Source of the DNA: an uncultured Gammaproteobacteria bacterium
Lineage (GTDB): Bacteria > Pseudomonadota > Gammaproteobacteria > CAWCPV01
Reading direction: 5' to 3'
DNA: 64,000 nucleotides
Assembly: GCA_963797555.1 (NCBI GenBank)
Contig: CAWCPV010000014.1
Coordinates: 96,001 to 160,000, forward strand
The notes beneath the pieces were generated by a model, which saw only the letters and a program-made list of their open reading frames with translations, made no database searches and was not told the DNA's origin. Shown here one piece after another: positions 18,816 to 29,370 of the stretch (the stretch's first letter is position 1; each line of letters opens with the position of its first letter). Position numbers and translations under genes: made by a program.

Positions 18816-21800
18816 ATGGCGATTCTCGTCGCATTGAGCCACCAGACCCACTACCGCTACGACCGGCTGGTGACCCTGTCGCCGCACGTGATTCGGCTGC
18901 GCCCGGCCCCTCACAGCCGTACGCCGATCCACGCCTATTCGCTCAAAATCCGCCCGGAGAAGCACTTCATCAACTGGCAGCAGGACCCGTTCGGGAACTA
19001 CCTGGCGCGGCTGGTGTTCTTGGAGCGGACGCGGGAGCTCTTCGTCGAGGCGGAACGTCATCGCCGACATGACGGTAATCAACCCCTTCGACTTCTTCAT
19101 GGAGGAATACGCCGAGCACTATCCCTTCGACTACGAGCTGCAGCTCAAGAAGGAGCTCGTTCCGTATCTGGAGCTGAAGGAGAGCGGACCGCGGCTGCTG
19201 GAGTGGCTGTCGCGTGTGGACCGCTCGAAGAAGAACATCGTCTACTTCCTGGTCGATCTGAACCGGCGCCTGCAGCAGGACATCGGCTACATCATCCGTA
19301 TGGAGCCTGGCATCCAGACCTGCGAGAAGACCCTGGGACGCGGACTCGGCTCGTGCCGGGACACCGGCTGGCTGCTGGTGCAGATCCTCCGCCACCTGGG
19401 GCTCGCGGCGCGTTTCGTTTCCGGCTACCTGGTGCAGCTTACCGCGGACGTCAAGTCGCTGGACGGGCCGTCGGGGCCCGAGCAGGACTTCACCGACCTG
19501 CACGCCTGGGCCGAGGTCTATGTACCGGGCGCCGGCTGGGTGGGTCTGGACCCGACCTCGGGCCTGTTCGCGGGCGAGGGACACATCCCGCTGGCCTGCA
19601 CTCCCGATCCGGTGAGTGCGGCGCCTATTACCGGCTCCACCGACGATGCCGAGGTGGAATTCCATTTCACCAACCGGGTCACCCGCATCCACGAGGATCC
19701 GCGCGTCACCAAGCCCTACCGCGAGGATCAGTGGGCGACCATCGATGCATTGGGCCGGGCGGTGGACGCCGAGCTGTCCGCGCGCGACGTGCGCCTCACC
19801 ATGGGAGGCGAGCCCACCTTCGTCTCCATCGACGACATGGACGGTGCCGAGTGGAACATCGCCGCCCTGGGCGCCGCCAAGCGCGAGCTGGCGGGCGACC
19901 TGTTGCGGCGGCTGCGCGAGCGCTTCGCGCCCGGCGGCGTGCTGCAATACGGACAGGGCAAGTGGTATCCGGGGGAGCCTCTGCCCCGCTGGTCGCTGGG
20001 CTGCTTCTGGCGCGAGGACGGACAGCCGGTGTGGCGGGACCCGATGCGCATGGCCGACGAGCAGCGTGACTATGGCTACGGGCCGCACCACGCCGAGCAG
20101 TTCGTGCGGCAGCTCGCCAGGCGGCTCGGTTTGGGTGAGCGCTACATCGTTCCGGGGTACGAGGATCCGGTCTTCCACCTGTGGAAGGAGCAGCGGCTGC
20201 CGGCCAACGTCGACCCTCTGAAGAGCGACCTCAAGGACGCCGAGGAACGCCGCCGCCTCGCACGGCTGCTGGCCGGCGACCTGGGCAGCCCGGCAGGCTA
20301 CGCGCTGCCGCTGCGCGCCCGCCACGGCACCGACGCCGCGCGCTGGGAGAGCAGCTCCTGGACCTTCCGTCTCGGCACCATGTACCTGACGCCGGGCGAC
20401 TCTTCGATGGGCCTGCGGCTGCCGTTGGAGTCACTGCCCTGGGTCGCCCCCGAGAAGCGCGAGGTGCGGCCGGAGCGCTCCCTGTTCGAGCCGCTCCCGC
20501 CGCTCGGCGACTACTACGGGGAGGTCGCCCGCCGTTACAGCCAGCCGCTCGCAGAGCAAGGGACGCGCGGGGATATTCAGGAGCAGGTGGTCAACGGAGC
20601 GGGCGAGAACGGGGAGAACAACGAGCCCGCGGAGGTCCTGCACACGGCCCTGTGCGTCGAAGTGCGTGAGGGACGGCTGCATATCTTTCTGCCGCCCCAG
20701 ACCCACCTGGAGGACTACCTGGACTTGGTGGCCAGCATCGAGGCCACTGCCGCCGACCTCGACATGCCGGTGATGCTGGAGGGCTATGAGCCGCCCCGCG
20801 ATTGGCGATTGCTGCGTCTGCTGGTGACGCCGGACCCCGGGGTCATCGAGGTCAACATCCACCCGGCGCACAGTTGGGAGGAGTTGGTCGAGAACACCTC
20901 GGCTCTCTATGAAGAGGCCCGGCTGGCCCGGCTCGGCACGGAGAAGTTCATGCTCGACGGGCGCCACACGGGCACCGGTGGCGGTAACCACGTCACCATC
21001 GGCGGTGCCACGCCCGCCGACAGTCCCATCCTGCGGCGGCCGGACCTGCTGCGCTCGCTCATCACCTACTGGCAGCACCATCCGTCCCTTTCCTACCTGT
21101 TCTCGGGGCTGTTCATCGGCCCCACGAGCCAGGCGCCCCGAGTGGACGAGGCCCGCGACGAGAGCGTCTACGAGCTGGAGATCGCTTTCCAGCAGATGCC
21201 GGCGGGCGAGGTGCCCCAGCCGTGGCTGGTGGACCGCTTGCTGCGGCACTTGCTGGTCGACCTGACGGGCAATACGCATCGCGCCGAGTTCTGCATCGAC
21301 AAGCTCTACTCCCCCGATAGCCCGCCGGGGCGCCTCGGGCTTGTGGAGCTGCGCGCCTTCGAGATGCCTCCCCATGCCCGCATGAGTCTGATGCAGATGC
21401 TCCTGCTGCGGGCGCTCATCGCGTGGTTTTGGACGCAGCCTTACCGCCACCCGCTGGTCCGCTGGGGCACTGAGCTGCACGATCGCTTCATGCTGCCGCA
21501 CTACGTGTGGCGTGACCTGGAAGAGGTCACGTGCGATCTGCGGCGCGCCGGCTACCCGTTCCAGGCGGAGTGGTTCGCCCCCTTCCAGGAGTTCCGCTTC
21601 CCGCACTACGGCAAGGTCACCGTGCGGGACATCGAGCTGGCTCTGCGCATGGCGGTCGAGCCGTGGCATGTGCTCGGGGAGGAGGTGACCCGCGCCGGCA
21701 CTGCGCGATTCGTGGATTCCTCCGTGGAACGGCTGGAGGTCAAGGTGACGGGTCTTACCGACTCGCGCCACATAGTGGTGTGCAACGGCCGCCGCGTCCC

Positions 21801-22212
21801 GCTCCACAACACGGGGACTCAAGGGGAGTACATCGCCGGGGTGCGCTACCGGGCCTGGCAGCCTCCTTCCGGGCTGCATCCCACCATCCCGGTGCATTCG
21901 CCCCTCGTCTTCGACATCATCGACGGCTGGAGCGGGCGCGCCATCGGCGGCTGCACTTATCACGTGGCGCACCCGGGCGGGCGCCACTACGAGGACTTCC
22001 CGGTCAACGCCTATGAAGCCGAGTCACGGCGCATCACGCGTTTCTGGGGCTACGGGCATACTCCGGGGGTGCTGCAGCCGCCTCCGGAGGTGACGAGACT
22101 CTCCCAATTCTTTCCCGAAGGGCACCCGCCCGGGCCCATGCAGCCGCCGGCCGAGACACCCGACGCGGAGTACCCTTATACGCTCGATCTGCGCCGCCGT
22201 GCCGGCTGCTGA
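18816..22212 (+). CDS. Transglutaminase + DUF2126 (putative amidoligase) fusion (frameshift near 19055)
   Basis: MAILVALSHQTHYRYDR...QQDPFGN joins ORF 19069. GSCRD, DLHAWAE, GLDPT; TMGGEPTFVS, PDPGVIEVN, GTGGGNH, VELRAFEM. Confidence 0.92.
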
Positions 22213-22728
22213 CCCCATCTCGCGTGGGGTGGCCGCAGTTCGATCCAGCCCATCGCCAGCCCTGCCGACCAGCGCGCAGGGCGGGTGGAGCGGCGCGTAA
22301 CCGATCGTCTACCCCTGTCAGGACGCCCTCCGAATTACCGGTGATCGCGGAAGCTTCGTACCTGGGGCAGCGCTTCTCCGGCATGGCGCCGGCCGGTCGA
22401 ACGTTTCGCCTGCTCACGTCGGAGGCCAGCCGCACGCCCCGCCCGACGCCGCTCGCCGCCCGAGCATGCCGTGTGCGTCCTGAGGAGGACCGGGTGCAAC
22501 ATGGGCAGTCTGTCCATTACAATTCGCTCCGACAGGGCCAGGTAGCCCAGATGGCGGACGGACCCGATGAGTCCTTCAGCGTGACGTTCGGCTCGGAATG
22601 TTCGGCAAGGATTGAACCGCCAGAAAGCGACGGCCGGCACGTACGGCACGCGGCACCCTGTTACGGTAGGGACGATGGGTGGCGCTGCGCTCCATCCATC
22701 CTGACGAGGTCCGCTACGAGGTCCACCC

Positions 22729-25275
22729 GTGAATCCTATGCCTGACGCGGGTACGACTCTGCAGCGCCACGAGGGCGCGCGGCTGCTGGAAGACTATCAG
22801 CCGGTCCCCGGGACCTACGACGAGATGTGCTCCGAGCCCGGGGCGCTGCGCTCCCACTGGGAGTATTTGGCGCGCTGCCTGGCAACGCTGGGGCCAGGCG
22901 CACTGGTGGAGCGCCGCCAGGAGATGCTGCGCCTGCTGCGGGAAAACGGGGTGACGTACAACGTCTACGGCACCCCCGAGGGGATGGAGCGGCCCTGGGC
23001 GCTGGATCCGATCCCCTACCTCATCACCAGCCGGGAATGGGCGGTCATCGAGCGCGGCCTGATGCAGCGGGCCGAGCTGCTGAACGCCATCCTGGCGGAC
23101 TTGTACGGTCCACGAGATCTGCTCCGCAAGGGCTTTCTCCCCGTCGAGCTGGTCCACGCGCACCCGGGTTTCCTGCGCGCGTGTGTCGGAGTTCCGGTGC
23201 GCGGGCGCCATCTGCTGCTCTATGCCGCGGATCTGACCCGTTCCCCCGATGGTGCCGTCTGGGTGATGGGCGATCGGGCTCAGGCTCCATCCGGTGCCGG
23301 TTATGCGTTGGAGAACCGCATCGTCGTGTCCCGGGTGCTGCCCAGCGTGTTCCGGGATTCCCACGTACACCGCCTGGCGCACTTCTTCCGCACCGTGCGC
23401 TCGGCCCTGGCGCTCGCCTCGCCCCGCCCCCTGGACCCGCCCCGCATAGTCCTTCTGACACCGGGGCCGGGCAACGAGGCCTATTTCGAGCACGCCTACC
23501 TCGCCAACTACCTCGGCTACTCCCTGGTACAGGGGAGCGACCTCACCGTGCGCAACGGCGTCGTGTGGCTCAAGACCCTCGACGGCCTGCAGCGCGTCGA
23601 TGTGGTTCTGCGTCGCCTGGACGATACCTTTTGCGACCCCCTCGAGCTGCGCGGCGACTCCCTGCTGGGTGCACCGGGATTGCTCGCTGCGGCCCGCCTG
23701 GGGAACGTGACGCTCGCCAATGCCTTGGGCAGCGGGGTCCTGGAGAACCCAGGGCTGATGGCGTTCCTGCCGGCCCTCTGCCGAAAAATCCTGGGAGAAG
23801 ATCTCCGCATCCCCTCCGTGGCCACTTGGTGGTGCGGCGGCGACAAGGAGAGAGAGTACGTGCTTGCCAACCTACATCGGCTCGTCGTCAAGCCCGTCTT
23901 TCCCCATCCCGCACGCTGCACCCTCTTCGGCAGCCGCCTGAGCGCCGCCGAGCGCCAGGCACTGGCCGAGCGCATCCGAGCCCGGCCCTATCTCTACGTG
24001 GGTCAGGAGCAGGTGCGCCTTTCCAATGCGCCGGTCTTGGCCGATGCTCGGATGGAGCCGCGGGCCATGGCCCTGCGGACCTTTCTGGTGGCCGGCGAGG
24101 AGGGCTACGCGGCGATGCCGGGAGGTCTGACGCGGGTCGCTGCCAGCGGGGACAGCCAGCTCGTCTCCAGCCAGGCCGGGGGGGCGAGCAAGGACACGTG
24201 GGTGCTGGCCTCGGAGCCCGAGAGGCACGTGACCCTGTTGCCGCCCGCAGGCAGGCCGCTGCCGCTCACGCGCACCGGGGGCGAGGTCCCGTCGCGCGTT
24301 GCCGACGACCTGTTCTGGCTCGGCCGCTATGCGGAGCGCGCCGATCACCTGGCCCGCTTGCTGCGCGAGACGATGCTGTTGTTGCTGGAGCCGGAGACCT
24401 CGGCGCCGGAGCTACAGCTCCCCGTGCTGCTGCGCGCCGTGACCAAGATGACCGCAACCGAGCCCGGGTTCGTGGGAGAAGGCGCGGAACGACGCCTCGC
24501 CGCACCGGAGCCGGAGCTGCTCTCCCTGGTCAACGACGGCGCGCGGGCGGGCACGTTGGCCTTTACCCTGGATGCCGCCGTGACCGCAGGCCGCTCGGTA
24601 CGCAGCCGGCTGTCCGATGATGCGTGGCGCGTCATCAACCGGCTGGGGATGCGGGCGGAGCCCCCGGCAACGCTGGGGCAAGGGGTGGCCATGACCGAAG
24701 GGGCCTTGACGGCCCTCGCCGCCTTCGCCAGCCTGAGCAGCGAGAGCATGAGCCGCGGCCAGGGGCTGCGTTTCTACACGCTGGGGCGGCGCCTGGAGCG
24801 GGCGCTCGACAGCGTCGCGTTGCTGCGCTTCGTGGCGACGCGGGCGGCAGAGGCGGGCCAGCCGGTCTGGGACGTCCTGTTGGCCGTGACCGACAGTGTG
24901 ACCACCTACCGCCGCCGTTACCGCGGGGCGGCCCAGGCAGGTGCGGTCCTCGACCTGGTGCTGTGCGATGAAAGCAGCGCGCGTTCCGTGGCCTACCAGT
25001 TGGCCGCCCTGGAGCGGGAAGTGGGCCGGCTGCCCCGGCGCGGGTCGATTCCACACCGCACGCAGGAGGAGCGGCTCGCCATCGAGGCGCTCGCGGCAGT
25101 CCGGCTGGCCGACGTCGAGCGCCTGGCGGATCTACCGGCCGACGCCGCCGGCCCCGGTGGGTTGGAGCCCTTGCTGGTCCGGGTGGCGCAGCTCGGGTGC
25201 GCTCTCTCGGACGCCATCACGGCGGCCTATTTCAGCCATGCCGAGCTGCCGCAACAACTGGTGAGCCTGGGGTGA
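22729..25275 (+). CDS. Circularly permuted ATP-grasp + alpha-E fusion
   Basis: QAPSGAGYALENR, TPGPGNEAYFEH, GGASKDTW, then PSRVADDLFWLGRYAERA. Confidence 0.93.
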   Translation: MNPMPDAGTTLQRHEGARLLEDYQPVPGTYDEMCSEPGALRSHWEYLARCLATLGPGALVERRQEMLRLLRENGVTYNVYGTPEGMERPWALDPIPYLITSREWAVIERGLMQRAELLNAILADLYGPRDLLRKGFLPVELVHAHPGFLRACVGVPVRGRHLLLYAADLTRSPDGAVWVMGDRAQAPSGAGYALENRIVVSRVLPSVFRDSHVHRLAHFFRTVRSALALASPRPLDPPRIVLLTPGPGNEAYFEHAYLANYLGYSLVQGSDLTVRNGVVWLKTLDGLQRVDVVLRRLDDTFCDPLELRGDSLLGAPGLLAAARLGNVTLANALGSGVLENPGLMAFLPALCRKILGEDLRIPSVATWWCGGDKEREYVLANLHRLVVKPVFPHPARCTLFGSRLSAAERQALAERIRARPYLYVGQEQVRLSNAPVLADARMEPRAMALRTFLVAGEEGYAAMPGGLTRVAASGDSQLVSSQAGGASKDTWVLASEPERHVTLLPPAGRPLPLTRTGGEVPSRVADDLFWLGRYAERADHLARLLRETMLLLLEPETSAPELQLPVLLRAVTKMTATEPGFVGEGAERRLAAPEPELLSLVNDGARAGTLAFTLDAAVTAGRSVRSRLSDDAWRVINRLGMRAEPPATLGQGVAMTEGALTALAAFASLSSESMSRGQGLRFYTLGRRLERALDSVALLRFVATRAAEAGQPVWDVLLAVTDSVTTYRRRYRGAAQAGAVLDLVLCDESSARSVAYQLAALEREVGRLPRRGSIPHRTQEERLAIEALAAVRLADVERLADLPADAAGPGGLEPLLVRVAQLGCALSDAITAAYFSHAELPQQLVSLG

Positions 25276-26246
25276 TTTGCTACCGCATCACCCACACCAC
25301 CTCGTACCGGTATAGCGGGACCGTGTCTCTTTGCCACAGCGAGGCCCATTTGGTGCCCCGTCGCGCCGGCAGCCAGCAGCTCCTGACGGCCGATCTGGCG
25401 ACGCAGCCCGCGCCGGCCGTGCGCTGCGATCGCGAGGACTTCTTCGGCAATCCCACGACGTACTTTTCCGTGGAGGTGCCCCACGATGCGCTGGAGGTGA
25501 CTGCTACCAGCGAGGTCAGCGTGATCTCCAACGGCGCCGGTGTGGATCTCACCGACGGACCGTCATGGGAGGAGGCGCGGGGGGCGCTGGCACTGGGTTC
25601 CGGCCAAGATCTCCGGGAGGCGCGCCAGTTCGTGCTGGAGTCGCCGTTCGTGGGCAGGATGCCCGAGCTTGCGAGCTATGCGCAGTCCTCGTTCACCACG
25701 CGCCGGCCCCTGCTGGATGCGGTGCGGGATCTGATGGGGCGTATCCACCGCGAGTTCGCCTACGATCCCGGATTCAGCACCATCGCGACCCCGGTGGAGA
25801 AGGTCCTGGCGCACCGCCGCGGGGTCTGCCAGGACTTCGCCCACCTCGCTATCGGCTGTCTGCGCTCCTTGGGTCTGGCGGCCCGTTACGTGAGTGGCTA
25901 CCTGGAGACGCTCCCGCCTCCCGGCCGGCCGCGGCTTCAGGGCGCAGACGCCTCCCACGCCTGGCTGTCCGCGTTCGTCCCGGACGTGGGCTGGGTCGAC
26001 CTCGACCCGACCAACGACCAGGCCCCCGGCGAGCGCTACGTCACCCTGGCCTGGGGCCGGGACTACGGAGATGTAACGCCCCTCAAGGGCGTGCTTCTGG
26101 GAGGAGGGGACCATGAGCTCACGGTCCGGGTGGATGTGCAGCCGTTGCGGGCTAGCGGTGGACCGGCGCCGGCCGCCCCGCGGGTTCCCTGCGGTGCCGC
26201 GCCATCGGGCGGCTGGGCGCCGCCACCAGGTGCTCTACTGGCGTGA
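25272..26246 (+). CDS. Transglutaminase-like protein (intact Cys-His-Asp)
   Basis: GTG overlaps the previous stop. YRITHTT, DFFGN, GVCQDFAH, ASHAW, DLDPTN, GRDYGDVTP. Confidence 0.92.
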   Translation: MICYRITHTTSYRYSGTVSLCHSEAHLVPRRAGSQQLLTADLATQPAPAVRCDREDFFGNPTTYFSVEVPHDALEVTATSEVSVISNGAGVDLTDGPSWEEARGALALGSGQDLREARQFVLESPFVGRMPELASYAQSSFTTRRPLLDAVRDLMGRIHREFAYDPGFSTIATPVEKVLAHRRGVCQDFAHLAIGCLRSLGLAARYVSGYLETLPPPGRPRLQGADASHAWLSAFVPDVGWVDLDPTNDQAPGERYVTLAWGRDYGDVTPLKGVLLGGGDHELTVRVDVQPLRASGGPAPAAPRVPCGAAPSGGWAPPPGALLA

Positions 26247-26738
26247 GCCACGTCGGCCTCCTGCTCGGCCGACGCGTGCCGCTCGAGGCGCTGGCGCAGC
26301 GGCGTGCAGCGTCCAAGGATGTGAGCAGACCGAGAAAGGATGATAACCGTGTCTGACCCCATTGTCTCTGGGCGCGTCCTCGGGAGGCCGCCATGTTCTA
26401 CGCCGCAAACAGTCCGGGCAGCGGGTGTATAATTCCAGGTCGTCGGGAACCGCTGGGAAGACCCGGGCGTTCCCGAGCAGAGCGGGTAGTGGCTACACTG
26501 GGGCATTGGAGTACCCATGGACGCAGCGAGACGCCGGTGGTGCGTCTCGGGAACGGTTGGGACCTGATGGACAACATCGGGCATCGGTAAGACACCGCCG
26601 GATGTTCGGTGCAGCGCTTCAGCGATCTCGTCTCGGCCACCAGACTGCGGAGCCGGGTTAGTGGCTGAGGACCAGCGGGCCGGAGGCGCTCACGGGACGA
26701 CCAAGAGAGTCCTGCGGGCTGTATCCGCGGACATCAGG

Positions 26739-27695
<957 letters not shown>

Positions 27696-27744
27696 CCCGC
27701 ATCGCTCAGCGCCGTCGGCAGGCACCGCCCTGCCGGGCAACTCG

Positions 27745-28482
27745 TCAAAGGGATTGGTGGTTCTCATGGCCCCCGTGCTCCAGATGCGCTCCTGAGTGTC
27801 TCGATGATAGGTTGCCGGCAGCGAGGCTGAGCACCGCGGCCAGCGCGACCAATAGCCCAACAGCCTGCCGTAGCTGACCCTTGGCCAGCAGGCGCGTCAC
27901 GTGTCCGGTGAGGACGCCGGCCCCAACGACGGCCGGTAGCGTGCCCAGCCCGAAGGCGAGCATGTACAAACTGCCCAGGCCGGCGCCGCCCGCGGCCGTG
28001 CTCCACGCCAACAGCGAATACACCAGCCCGCAGGGCAGCCAGCCCCACAACGCGCCGAAGAACACCGCCCGGCTCAGAGAGCGCACTGGCAGCAGGCGCC
28101 GTCCCACGGGCTCCAGCCGGCGCCACAGTGGAGTCCCTAGACCCTCCAAGCGGGCAAATTGTGGGAACCAGCCCGCGAGATAGAGTCCTATCCCGACCAT
28201 CAACACCGCCGCCAGCCCCTGCATGATGGCGTGGCCGGCAGCAGGTCCCAGAGCCTGCATGACGCCCCAGCCTGCACCTCCCGCCAGCGCCCCGGCGAAG
28301 GCGTAGGTCCCGACCCTGCCCGCACTGTATGCCAACGCATAGAGCAACAAACCGGTTCGGCGCGCCCTGATCTCCGGGGAAAGGCTCAGAGTCAATGCGC
28401 CTACGATGCTGCCGCACATGCCGAGGCAGTGCAGCGTGCTGGCGAGTCCCAGCACAAACGCGAGCAGTACGGAACGCTCCAC
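27745..28482 (-). CDS. DsbD_2 / TauE-SafE-like membrane protein
   Basis: [29 protein letters not shown]; multiple TM helices. Confidence 0.85.
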   Translation of the reverse strand: MERSVLLAFVLGLASTLHCLGMCGSIVGALTLSLSPEIRARRTGLLLYALAYSAGRVGTYAFAGALAGGAGWGVMQALGPAAGHAIMQGLAAVLMVGIGLYLAGWFPQFARLEGLGTPLWRRLEPVGRRLLPVRSLSRAVFFGALWGWLPCGLVYSLLAWSTAAGGAGLGSLYMLAFGLGTLPAVVGAGVLTGHVTRLLAKGQLRQAVGLLVALAAVLSLAAGNLSSRHSGAHLEHGGHENHQSL

Positions 28483-28936
28483 TATCGCCTACTCCGCCGC
28501 CTCCCGGCCATCTCCTAGTCAGGGCGCGCGCTCTCGACGGGCAGTCGGCAGCCATGGGCCGAGGCGGCATGGCGGCCGCTCACGGGCATTCATCCCTCGA
28601 CGAGGGAGAGCCATAGACGTGCCTGAAACGGCGGAGCGACTCATCAAGGAGCCCGAGGACGCGATTTTGGGAAACCGTTGGGGCGGCATTCGTCGGTGAG
28701 GCCAAACTGGATGGTCGCCGACATCGCTACGGTACCACCCCCCCGTCTCCGTGGGCAACGGCCGCGATCTCCGGCCGGCTTCCCTCGCTGGTCCCTGCGC
28801 CGCGGGGAGACGGGCGGGGCCGGTTGTCACGGGATGCGGGCACTGGGAGCTGGAGTTACATGCCGAGATGGTGTACCGAGCACGGCGCAGAGGTGCCGGA
28901 GGTATTGCCGGGACCCGGAGCCGTGTGAGCAAGCGC

Positions 28937-28966
28937 TTGACAGGCATGTCAGGCGCGCAGCATGCT
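28937..28966 (+). promoter_or_regulatory. Putative sigma70 promoter overlapped by a palindromic operator
   Basis: TTGACA (28937) - 18 bp - CATGCT. TGACA-N4-TGTCA at 28938-28951. Confidence 0.4.
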
Positions 28967-28974
28967 ACTTTGCT

Positions 28975-29295
28975 ATGGTGCATCGCCGCCCTGTCGCCAT
29001 TGTCCTCCTCGCATTCCTGGTGCTAGTCGCCCAGGGGCGCGCGGCGGTGCATCCGCTCTCTCACCTGAGCGAGCCGCTCTCGGGACCGGGGCAGCCCGAC
29101 AAACACCTGCCGCATTCCCACGTATGCGAGCAGTGTGTCGCTCTTGCCCCATTGGGCGGGGCTCTGCCCTCGGTGCCGCAGGTGATCGAGCCGCCGCGGA
29201 CGGTGACTGTGCCCGTGCCGCCGATAGCCCCGCGCATCATTATCTGCCGTATCCGCCGTCCCTATTTCTCCCGCGCCCCACCGCCTCTCGCCTGA
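28975..29295 (+). CDS. DUF2946-type leader protein with CxxC and C-terminal RAPP arrest motif
   Basis: Signal-like N-terminus, HSHVCEQC, Pro-rich linker, ends YFSRAPPPLA; lies upstream of a TonB receptor. Confidence 0.75.
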   Translation: MVHRRPVAIVLLAFLVLVAQGRAAVHPLSHLSEPLSGPGQPDKHLPHSHVCEQCVALAPLGGALPSVPQVIEPPRTVTVPVPPIAPRIIICRIRRPYFSRAPPPLA

Positions 29296-29370
29296 GCCTC
29301 AAAGCCCGTAACGGCAGGCCCCCGATGGGGGGGTCTGTGTGGCCTTGTTGCCTGGCGGTGAGGAAAAACC

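Noticed and set aside
9567-21987. Long antisense or alternate-frame ORFs (e.g. 9567..10961, 12624..14522, 16884..18554, 20431..21987)
   Set aside because: Shadows of real genes in high-GC DNA; no motifs.
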